Shown here: in pieces, positions 8,454 to 16,601 of the stretch
How the letters are laid out: each line of letters begins with the position of its first letter
How positions within the stretch are numbered: position 1 is the stretch's first letter
IMG/VR virus record: IMGVR_UViG_2731639221_000003
Location: 3,072 to 67,071 of that record
Source of the DNA: a virus
DNA length: 64,000 nucleotides
Direction: 5' to 3' (one strand)
The notes under the pieces: model-generated
Told to the model about the DNA's origin: nothing
Databases searched by the model: none
Seen by the model: only the letters and a program-made list of their open reading frames with translations
Position numbers and translations under genes: made by a program

Positions 8454-9041
8454 TTAACTTGCTTTTTCGTAGATCGCTTCACCGTTGGAAAATTGAGCCG
8501 TTTTAATGAGTGCGAGTTGACAATATTCTGATAAAATTTGTTCAACTTGTTCGGTTAGTTCAGGAGTAGCAGAACGAACAAATTTTTCTATATTCTTTGA
8601 TTGTATTTTCTGCATACCCACAGGCATTTTAGAATAATAATCTAAATCCGTATAGTCGAAATGTTTTAGAAAATCTTTATAATTATCAAATGAGTAGCCG
8701 TCTATCTGTATATCTGTTATATAGTCCAGTGTTGCACCTTCATAGCGTCCATTTGATATTATTATGTGGCAGACTACATTTATAGTCACGTCTCCAAACG
8801 TTTTATTTAGTGCTAAACTATGGATATATGAGCCGCCATAATAACGGCTCATTTTATGATTTACATTATCACTATCTAAAGTGTAATAGGTTGCTTTTTC
8901 GGTCAAATTTTCAAGCTCTGTAACGATATTCTCTTTTATTTCGTCAAAATACCATGAATCAAATATTTCGCTTTCGTTGGTACTCATGCCGATAGCATAA
9001 TATTTTGTTGCTTCGTATTTACAGAAATTAGGTGCTGACAT
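8454..9041 (-). CDS. Hypothetical protein, 195 aa
   Basis: ORF beginning MSAPNF, with GRYEGATLD block. Confidence 0.7.
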   Translation of the reverse strand: MSAPNFCKYEATKYYAIGMSTNESEIFDSWYFDEIKENIVTELENLTEKATYYTLDSDNVNHKMSRYYGGSYIHSLALNKTFGDVTINVVCHIIISNGRYEGATLDYITDIQIDGYSFDNYKDFLKHFDYTDLDYYSKMPVGMQKIQSKNIEKFVRSATPELTEQVEQILSEYCQLALIKTAQFSNGEAIYEKAS

Positions 9042-9067
9042 GGCTTTATGTTTTGAATATTAGACAA

Positions 9068-9442
9068 TTAAGAAAGCTGTATTTCTTTGTTTTCGTTGAG
9101 GTCAAAAATCGAAATTTGTTCGTTTTCTATTCCGAAACTTGCGGCTTCGTCCAGATTTTGAAACACATTTACGGCATCAAAATAGAACATATCATTTGCG
9201 GAATTATACCAACCACCGATAATATTTGTGCCAACTGATAAAGCGTAATTTATGGCATTTTGTAGCCCTAATATTCCAAAGTTGTTCTGTGTTGCTTTGT
9301 AGGCTGCAACATAGCCGGATGTAATAAATTGTAAACTATTTAGATTGAAAGTAAAGCCAGAAGGGTTGTTTTTGGCTAATTGGAAAACGTTATCTGTTAA
9401 CGTTTGAAGTTGAGAAGTTTTATAGATTGCAAAATTTTTCAT
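9068..9442 (-). CDS. First gene of the early array; possible SAM-lyase-like (T3 SAMase fold) protein
   Basis: GGWYNS...FYFD...A..FG..NEQISIFDL pattern; EQISI resembles the EQxxV/I motif of phage SAM lyases. Confidence 0.4.
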   Translation of the reverse strand: MKNFAIYKTSQLQTLTDNVFQLAKNNPSGFTFNLNSLQFITSGYVAAYKATQNNFGILGLQNAINYALSVGTNIIGGWYNSANDMFYFDAVNVFQNLDEAASFGIENEQISIFDLNENKEIQLS

Positions 9443-9453
9443 AAATTTGCCCC

Positions 9454-9548
9454 GATTACGGCGGGGACTTTTGTTTTCCCGTAATTGAAAGTTTATACTT
9501 TCGATAGGGTTGTGAGGTCGCCAAACTTTAGCAACCCTATCTTTTTTT
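9454..9548. promoter_or_regulatory. Three consecutive hairpins in the early-operon leader; the outer one is also a plus-strand terminator-like structure
   Basis: GATAGGGTTG/CAACCCTATC (9503-9541) followed by T7; GAAAGT/ACTTTC; ATTACGG/CCGTAAT. Confidence 0.55.
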
Positions 9549-10291
9549 AGTTAGAATTAGCTCCCTAGTGTTAACCCAATAACAAAAGGGATGCAAGCAT
9601 TTTAAAAGTCGTTTTGTCGCTATTTTAGTAGTTCGGTTGTTCATTCAACAAACCAGAACAAACAGGCTTACACAAGTGAGTTTTAGTGCTGCATATTGTT
9701 TTTTATAAATATTTGTGTTAGGTGCGTGTTTTGTTTTTCATCGGAATGGATTGCAACCCATATAACACGCTTACCGCTTGCGATGCGTCCGATTATTCTA
9801 ATATTTTGGCTACTATTCAGGTCGATTCTCCCTTTCGCCAGACCCCCTTAGAATGGGTGTCTAATTTCAATACGTCAAAGAACACTAACCGACATAGGGA
9901 TAATCGGCTCAATCCGATTTTCTCTGTTCATTTGCCTCTTTTCTCGGTAAACAGATAAAGCCGAGATACTAGATAATAAGAGATATATTGTAATTCATTT
10001 AACGAGCTTGGCAAGTGGCTCAACTTGGCAGATTTTTAAACGTTATATGTATCTGCAAAACGGACTTTTTTTTATTGAATTATCGCTATAACTCCCTTAT
10101 TATTACAGTAGTAAAGATACAAAATAGGTTTTAAACTACCAACAAATTTGATGGAAAAATGTAACAATTGTTGCATTTTTAACAATATGCAATAGTCAGG
10201 CTTAACTTAAAAATATACAGGCATATAAGAGAATGCAAATACCCCTATTATAGAGACATTAATACTATTTGCAAGCCCCTAAATAAATGAT

Positions 10292-10362
10292 TATATTTGT
10301 TTATAACTTAAAGAGGCATAAAGCCCTGAACATTGCTATAAGGCAGCGTTTAGGGCTATTTG
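10292..10362 (+). promoter_or_regulatory. TATATTTG -7 box, AGAGGCA and AGCCC/GGGCT hairpin (late-leader element 1)
   Basis: TATATTTG 10292-10299, AGAGGCA 10312-10318, stem AGCCCTGAAC/GTTTAGGGCT. Confidence 0.75.
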
Positions 10363-10380
10363 CGTTAATACCTTAATACA

Positions 10381-10947
10381 ATGAAATACAAGATACCTAA
10401 GACCGCACAGGAGCGACAAAACGAAATTGAGAAACTTTCTAATTTAGAGCGTTTTTGTTTAGACGCTTATATTGTAAGTAAGTTCCCAGCTTCCCAAAAG
10501 GTTGTTATTGCTTACGAGCAGAGCAGACCGAGAGAAGCACAAGCCAACCGCCAAAGTGTCTATACACAAGCTAGGAATTGGATTAATACGGACAAATGCA
10601 AATACTATATAGAGGATAGGAAAAAAGAACTATTTGCAACCGATCAGCACAGATACAGTACTACCCAAAACGAAGGGAACGAAACAGAAGCGGACACGGA
10701 AAACAACCCCACAGAATCAAACCGCACGAAGGGGGAAACAATTTCAGAATTAAATAAACTTGCAGACAACACAAATGATGTAAAATTGAAGGCTGAAATA
10801 TTGCTAAAGATTAGCGATCTGGAGGGGTGGAAGAAGGAGAAGGAACAGACGGACGATAATACAATACGCTATTATTTACCGCTTAGATGTAACGTTTGCT
10901 CACTATATAAGGCAGCAAAGGAGCAGAAGGCAAAACAGCAAACATAA
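10381..10947 (+). CDS. Probable terminase small subunit
   Basis: TerS-like helical N-terminus (AY..SR...A..W...YIEDR), acidic linker, C-terminal YYLPLRCNVC; preceded by a late-leader element. Confidence 0.5.
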   Translation: MKYKIPKTAQERQNEIEKLSNLERFCLDAYIVSKFPASQKVVIAYEQSRPREAQANRQSVYTQARNWINTDKCKYYIEDRKKELFATDQHRYSTTQNEGNETEADTENNPTESNRTKGETISELNKLADNTNDVKLKAEILLKISDLEGWKKEKEQTDDNTIRYYLPLRCNVCSLYKAAKEQKAKQQT

Positions 10948-11412
10948 CTAATTGACACAGTGGTTAAGTATGCTTATACATATAAGCGAACCCAACGAAA
11001 GAGCCTAAAGGACAGGGAGCAGACCAACCCGAAGCGAGCAAAAAGGGTACACCCCACCCCCTAGAAAAATGAGCAGAAAACCCAATTCATTGCAGATAAA
11101 TTTTTTGGGTATTTTTTTGGTAGTATTGGGGGGGATTTTTACCTGTTTGTTTTTTGTGATCGGAGTGTTAAAAACATAGATAAATTATGATAGTGCGGAT
11201 AGTCAATAAAATAACGATAATTGTGATTTCGGTTGTTTACATCGCTTCATTACTTGTTTTATGGTTATCCGAGCGAATCTATTGAAATATTCTCTTTATA
11301 AGATATATATAGTATGAAGTATTAATTTGTTGATATACAGAAATGTAATCAATTATAATATGCACGAATCGAGCATATATTGTCTACAAAACGTGCATAC
11401 AATTATTAGGGT

Positions 11413-11883
11413 ATGAGTATTAGAGAGTTTAATGAGGATAACCCATTTATTGAGAAGCTACAAGACATAAAGACTGGAACTAGGACTGCTATTTGTTCCA
11501 GAGGGAATATTGTTTCGATGGTGGACGATGATACTGGAGAGGTAAAAGGTCGGGGCTTTAATGCGGTAATCAGAGAGAAGCAATACGATTCGGAACGATT
11601 TGTAAAGATGTATGCGGCAGGACGAAAGGTATTGCCTAATTTAAGTGTAGCGGCAACCCGAATACTCTGGTATATAGTAGACCACATGGGATATGATGAT
11701 ATGATAACGCTAAATATCACTAAGATAAAAAAGGAAACAGGCTACAAAAGTAATGCTGCTATTTATAGGGCTATTTCGGAACTAAAGAATCATTGCGTCT
11801 TAGCTAATGCGTACCAAAATGGAATATATTATATCAATCCTGCCATGTTTTATCGTGGTAATAGGTTGAAACTTCTAATCTAG
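11413..11883 (+). CDS. RepL-like winged-helix replication/maintenance protein
   Basis: FVKMY...ATRILWYI...IYRAISEL...YYINPAMFYRGNR matches RepL-type wHTH proteins. Confidence 0.65.
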   Translation: MSIREFNEDNPFIEKLQDIKTGTRTAICSRGNIVSMVDDDTGEVKGRGFNAVIREKQYDSERFVKMYAAGRKVLPNLSVAATRILWYIVDHMGYDDMITLNITKIKKETGYKSNAAIYRAISELKNHCVLANAYQNGIYYINPAMFYRGNRLKLLI

Positions 11884-12034
11884 TTTTGATAAATAATTTA
11901 TTTACTGGACAATGAATTATTTAACATATTTGTAGTAGTTTTGTCGAATGTGATGTTTGTGTATTTATAATGTTGTAACCCAATATTATATAATACAGGT
12001 TGATAGTTGTTACCATTGAATTAAAAATAATATT

Positions 12035-12889
12035 ATGAAAATTAGACTAAGTAAAGATTTTAAGGTTGAATTAAGTACATTAGTTCGATTTGAATGGAGA
12101 AAATACTATCCTGTATTAATAATACACGAAAGATTCGAGAAGATTATAAAATACACTATTTGGGCAATAATTATTATTACAATTCTAAGTTCATTATTAG
12201 TATTTCAGAATTGTATTTGTAGTTTAATTTTAGCTATAACATTATTTTTATTGCAAAAGTTATTTGAGAAAACAATATTTGAATATACAACTGTTGTTTT
12301 TGCCCCACTTCCTGACTTTGCAATTGATAATACGCAGTGGCTTACTAATGCTTTTCTAATACCAACTAATGAGGATGACACTTATGACAAATCACTTCCC
12401 GCAACGTTCTCTATTTGCTTCCGAGACGAAAATTACGCAAAAAAAGTATTTGAATTATTTAAACAATGGAATTATGAAGAAGATAATGATACTGAAAATA
12501 ATATTATAATATCTTTCGTAGTAGAGCCTAATGAAAAGTATTCAACATATATATATCAAAACCCTAGAAGAAAAAATCCTGATAAATATTTTGAAAAAGT
12601 AAAAGAAAAAAACAAATTGGAGAAATATGGAAAGCAACAACAAAGATTCTTAGTAGGGTTTATTTTAGGTAAGAAATTAGATTTTAAAAATGGGATGCTT
12701 ATAAAATTGTTTCTTGATTTTCAAGAGCAAAATAAACTATTCAATTTTATGCCTTCTACGGAAATTACAGTAGATGGAAAAAAAGGAGTGAAATTTTTAA
12801 ATACCTCAACAATAAACAAATATGGCTTTGAACTAAAAAAGAGAAACGAATTAACAAAAAAAGATTTTGAATATCATTATCCAATATAA
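12035..12889 (+). CDS. Low-GC membrane protein (moron) with two N-terminal TM helices
   Basis: Hydrophobic segments TIWAIIIITILSSLLVF and ICSLILAITLFLL; very AT-rich. Confidence 0.7.
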   Translation: MKIRLSKDFKVELSTLVRFEWRKYYPVLIIHERFEKIIKYTIWAIIIITILSSLLVFQNCICSLILAITLFLLQKLFEKTIFEYTTVVFAPLPDFAIDNTQWLTNAFLIPTNEDDTYDKSLPATFSICFRDENYAKKVFELFKQWNYEEDNDTENNIIISFVVEPNEKYSTYIYQNPRRKNPDKYFEKVKEKNKLEKYGKQQQRFLVGFILGKKLDFKNGMLIKLFLDFQEQNKLFNFMPSTEITVDGKKGVKFLNTSTINKYGFELKKRNELTKKDFEYHYPI

Positions 12890-13050
12890 ATAAAACAAGG
12901 GGAACATTTCTGTTCCCCTCTGGCACAACATCATAGTTGATTACGGATGCCTATGAATGTTGCCCTGTTGAAAGGTACTGATTAATCAGTGCCTTTTTGT
13001 CGTCTCACGACGATAATTGAGTAATCAATTTTGTTCTCAGGTTAGCGAGA
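12890..13050. ncRNA. Candidate small structured RNA or convergent terminator cluster (five hairpins)
   Basis: Stems at 12898-12919, 12922-12963, 12971-12996, 13000-13013 and 13016-13029; TACATTTG -7-like box on the minus strand at 13063-13056. Confidence 0.35.
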
Positions 13051-13120
13051 TATTACAAATGTATTGTCCTTTACCTTATTTTTCTAATTTAGCAAGAGAG
13101 AGTTTTCGTAATTCCGAAAA

Positions 13121-13369
13121 CTATTGAAAACTCTGTATTAATCGGGTCTTGGTATCAAATACTTTACCTTCCGGCAACCAAAAGCAATCTTCTAAAGTCG
13201 GGTTCTCTTTTTGTAAGCACCAATCTTTGACAAAGCAATAGATTGTATTCTGCGTTTTATTGATTGATTGTGTTCTTACTCCGGCTACTTCCCGTTGTAC
13301 GATATTTCCTGTTTTGGCATTAAGTACCCAGACTTTATCGCCTTCTGCGAATTGTGTTTCGAGTGTCAT
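13121..13369 (-). CDS. Hypothetical protein, 82 aa (SH3/KOW-like pattern)
   Basis: FAEGDKVWVL...WLPEGKVFDTK pattern typical of small phage proteins. Confidence 0.65.
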   Translation of the reverse strand: MTLETQFAEGDKVWVLNAKTGNIVQREVAGVRTQSINKTQNTIYCFVKDWCLQKENPTLEDCFWLPEGKVFDTKTRLIQSFQ

Positions 13370-13378
13370 GTGTCGTAA

Positions 13379-13774
13379 TTAATTATTGGATTGGTATTTT
13401 TCTTTTTCTTCCATGATAATGGCTTGGTCTGCTTCTTCCGATATTGACTTTTGAGCTTGCATTATTCGGTCAACAGATGATTTGTAAGCCTGAATGATTT
13501 CTTCGATAAATATAGAATCGGGAACACCATTGCATACTGCATAATAAGCCGCAAATTCCAAGTGTAGGATGTTTTGACCTTCTTCTGTTTTAATCTCATT
13601 GGAAATCCAGATAAATAACGGATTATCTTCACGAAAGCTAATACTCCAATTGCCATTTACTGTTGTAATCTTAACAGACCGTAGTTTTTGTCCCTTCTCA
13701 AATTTGATAATAAAGTTGCCGATTTGCGTTGATTTATCATTCTTACTTTTAAAGTTGTTTGGTTTGTTACTCAT
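13379..13774 (-). CDS. Hypothetical protein, 131 aa
   Basis: Clean ORF co-oriented with 13121..13369. Confidence 0.65.
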   Translation of the reverse strand: MSNKPNNFKSKNDKSTQIGNFIIKFEKGQKLRSVKITTVNGNWSISFREDNPLFIWISNEIKTEEGQNILHLEFAAYYAVCNGVPDSIFIEEIIQAYKSSVDRIMQAQKSISEEADQAIIMEEKEKYQSNN

Positions 13775-13873
13775 AGTGTAATTTTACTTAGTAATGTTAT
13801 ATAATTCGTCAATTCAAATGCTTGGTTACTATATAAATGTAATAAAAAAAAGGCAGTTATCCAAATTTGGATA

Positions 13874-14416
13874 TTGACAGAAAAACAGCTATATTTATAT
13901 AGACTTAACACAAACTATACGTTGAAAATACGAGCCGCTTTTGATGTCGGCAAGGATGGGGCTTTTGTGGTTTTTCGGGATGAAAAGCCAATAGAGAAAA
14001 CCGTGATGCCGACAGTTGGGAATCAGATAGATTTGACCCTAATACGTGATATACTCAGGAAATACGATTGCGAAAACATTCATGTAGTCATTGAAGATGT
14101 ACATGCGATTTTCGGTGCGGCGGCGAAATCGACTTTTAACTTCGGCTGGTCGCTGGGAATACTGGAGGGAATGCTTGCGGGGATGGGAATACCTTACACA
14201 AAAGTAGCCCCGAAGGTATGGCAGAAAGAAATGTGGCAAGGGGTTTCGCCTGTTTATAAATCGGGTAAGGCGATAGATACTAAGGCTACTTCTTTGATAG
14301 CGGCAAAAAGATTATTCCCGAACGAGGATTTAAGAAAATCAGGAAGGGCAACATTACCGCATGACGGGATTGTTGATGCTTTGTTGATGGCTGAGTATTG
14401 TCGGAGAAAGTTTTGA
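13874..14416 (+). CDS. RuvC-like Holliday junction resolvase (phage type); true start may be TTG at 13922
   Basis: AFDVGKDG (catalytic D), VIEDV (E), FNFG, P..WQK, DALLMAEY (D). Confidence 0.85.
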   Translation: MTEKQLYLYRLNTNYTLKIRAAFDVGKDGAFVVFRDEKPIEKTVMPTVGNQIDLTLIRDILRKYDCENIHVVIEDVHAIFGAAAKSTFNFGWSLGILEGMLAGMGIPYTKVAPKVWQKEMWQGVSPVYKSGKAIDTKATSLIAAKRLFPNEDLRKSGRATLPHDGIVDALLMAEYCRRKF

Positions 14417-14418
14417 GA

Positions 14419-14703
14419 TCATAGCTTACTAAGGTCATCTGATATTCGGCACAAATCTTCAAATTCGATAAAAGATAAAGAACATTGTGCATCCTGATTT
14501 ACTAAAATAAGGTTGTCATTTTTCTTTACTAATACTATTTCGTCAAATTTAGGATATATATTTTTTATCTTTAAACAATTTTCGTCACAAAACTCAGATT
14601 TTACACCTCTTTCCCGAATCAACTTCCGCAAACATTCTACAACATTTATATAAAGTTCAGCATTAGTGTCAGTAAACGAGTTATAATTACAATCAGTTTC
14701 CAT
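14419..14703 (-). CDS. Hypothetical protein paralogous to the N-terminus of 2567..3064
   Basis: Visual alignment of CLKIK, DEI and FEDLCRISDDLS. Confidence 0.7.
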   Translation of the reverse strand: METDCNYNSFTDTNAELYINVVECLRKLIRERGVKSEFCDENCLKIKNIYPKFDEIVLVKKNDNLILVNQDAQCSLSFIEFEDLCRISDDLSKL

Positions 14704-14760
14704 TTTTAATATTTTAATTTACTGCGAAGATAATGGAAATCATTTAATACTTGCAATTTC

Positions 14761-15270
14761 TTATTTCTTTACTAAGTATGAGACTAAATTGAAAAGTACT
14801 ACTGTTTTGAAGTAGCTAAATTTCAGGCTAATATCAACGGTTGCAGTTCCAATACGTTCAATATAATTATCATAATATTCGTTTGTGATTATTGTATCTA
14901 GGTTATTTACAAACGGTAAGCCTGTAATACTACACATTTCCTCATAGGACATTTTTTCAACTGTTTTCTTGTCATATCCTTTATCTGCCAATACTTTAGC
15001 GGTATTTATGGATTCATCCCATAAAGCCTTGTTTGTTTGTTCTAATTCACTGGGTGTTTTAGATATTGATACAAGTAAAACTCCTAATATATTCTTAATA
15101 ATATTTGAGTTGACTGTGGATTTACCTGTTTCAAAATCTGAGATTGTTGCCTCCCTGACTCCTATTTTTTCGGCTAACTGTTTTTGTGTCATTCCTAATT
15201 CTTCCCTTCTCTCCCGAAGAATTGTGTGCAACTCTTTCACTGCTAAATCTGTCGTCATATTCTTTTTCAT
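14761..15270 (-). CDS. XRE-family HTH transcriptional regulator
   Basis: LRERREELGMTQKQLAEKIGVREATISDFETGK; start re-assigned to 15270. Confidence 0.85.
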   Translation of the reverse strand: MKKNMTTDLAVKELHTILRERREELGMTQKQLAEKIGVREATISDFETGKSTVNSNIIKNILGVLLVSISKTPSELEQTNKALWDESINTAKVLADKGYDKKTVEKMSYEEMCSITGLPFVNNLDTIITNEYYDNYIERIGTATVDISLKFSYFKTVVLFNLVSYLVKK

Positions 15271-15335
15271 AATATTATATTTAAAATTTTCTGTAAACTT
15301 ACGCAATAGCGTATGAAAAAACAATAGTAAATATG

Positions 15336-15770
15336 TTAAATATTACGCATAAGCGTAAGTTTGTTTTCTATTATAACGATATTATGTAAATACCGCATGA
15401 GTTTGCGTTTAATGATATAGGTGGGGTCTTTGTATTCCTTATCGGTTCTGACTACTTCTACCCTCAACTTTCCGTGTTTATTACGGTAGGTAAAGTTAGC
15501 TTCAAACGTGACAGGGCTTTCGGCTGTCACTTTCTTCTTTCGGGTTTTCGTTTTGGTTTTCAATACTACACGCTCGTATTTATATACTTTGACCGCTTCG
15601 ATCAATGTAAATGAAACCCGCCTTTGAAGGTCGGAGATTAGCCCTTTGGCTTGCATTTCGAGTAGAACAGCGTACCTTTCGGCTTCGGCTTGGGAAACGA
15701 AACTACCTAAGTGGTTGGTATATTTTATCTTCTTATCGGAGGTAATCAGTTTTGTTTTTACGGGTTTCAT
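15336..15770 (-). CDS. DUF1064-like PD-(D/E)xK protein with degenerate catalytic residues
   Basis: FVSQAEAERY...ISDLQRRVSFTL...FEANFTY...RVEVVR...YIIKRKLM. Confidence 0.65.
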   Translation of the reverse strand: MKPVKTKLITSDKKIKYTNHLGSFVSQAEAERYAVLLEMQAKGLISDLQRRVSFTLIEAVKVYKYERVVLKTKTKTRKKKVTAESPVTFEANFTYRNKHGKLRVEVVRTDKEYKDPTYIIKRKLMRYLHNIVIIENKLTLMRNI

Positions 15771-15779
15771 ATCGGTATT

Positions 15780-16601
15780 TTAAATTATATCTGTATTGTA
15801 AACGGGTATCAAAATACAGCAACATCTTACATGGTAGCCTGAGAAAAATTCGTCTTTGGAATGAAATACGCCTACATTGTCGTCACATATTGTACAGGGG
15901 TAAGCACTTCCCCGAATGGTGTACCAACCGATAATTTCGGGTTTTGTGAGCCAGATACTATTGAGTGTATTATTATAAGCGTGAAAAATAGTCTGCTGCT
16001 CCAGACGGACAAGGTTGTCGAAGGATGAAATGTATATTCCCGAACCGAATGTTATTCCTTTGCTTAAAATGCGTTCTGCTTTAAAGCCCTGTTTTCTAAA
16101 TGCGTCTAAGAGTAAGGGGGATTTATAGGGTGATTTGAACCAAGTAAGGTAATCGCTGAGAACCTGTGTCCGGCTCATGCCTTTTGCCAATCCTGCTGCG
16201 ATATAGGCTTCGATTTCATAACTCATATTTGAGACGTATCGGTTTATCCTTTCTTGAAGGGTCTGCCCTGCTATGACAGAGCCTAGAAACAAAAGCAGAA
16301 ACTTGTCTGATTTTTCTTCCGCTTCCTTTTCGTGTGCAAGTGTGTCTGCATATTTGCATCTTGTATAAATGATATTGAATATCTCTTTTCTGATTTCGTC
16401 ATTTATAGATGAAACTTTTTCGTCCAGTTCTGAATTTGCCGAGAATTGAAAAGATTTACCCAAATAAGCATATACAAAGGCTTGGTCTATGAGCTTTCTT
16501 GTGTATCGCTGAATAATGGCTTTCAGGTCGGCATCGGAAAGAGCCATCTGGTCGATAACTCTTTCCATATACTTGATTGCTTCGGCTTGTCCCTTCCTCA
16601 T
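15780..16601 (-). CDS. Minor head / head morphogenesis protein (SPP1 gp7 / Mu gpF-like)
   Basis: C-terminal C..C...HVRCCC motif; directly downstream of the portal. Confidence 0.7.
   Translation of the reverse strand: MRKGQAEAIKYMERVIDQMALSDADLKAIIQRYTRKLIDQAFVYAYLGKSFQFSANSELDEKVSSINDEIRKEIFNIIYTRCKYADTLAHEKEAEEKSDKFLLLFLGSVIAGQTLQERINRYVSNMSYEIEAYIAAGLAKGMSRTQVLSDYLTWFKSPYKSPLLLDAFRKQGFKAERILSKGITFGSGIYISSFDNLVRLEQQTIFHAYNNTLNSIWLTKPEIIGWYTIRGSAYPCTICDDNVGVFHSKDEFFSGYHVRCCCILIPVYNTDII

Noticed and set aside
15732-15743. ACCTCCGATAA near-match to the early motif
   Set aside because: Inside the DUF1064-like coding sequence and not before a start codon; probably chance
15780-16601. MuF-type polymorphic toxin
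   Set aside because: The gpF-like protein ends right after its Cys/His motif with no C-terminal toxin extension
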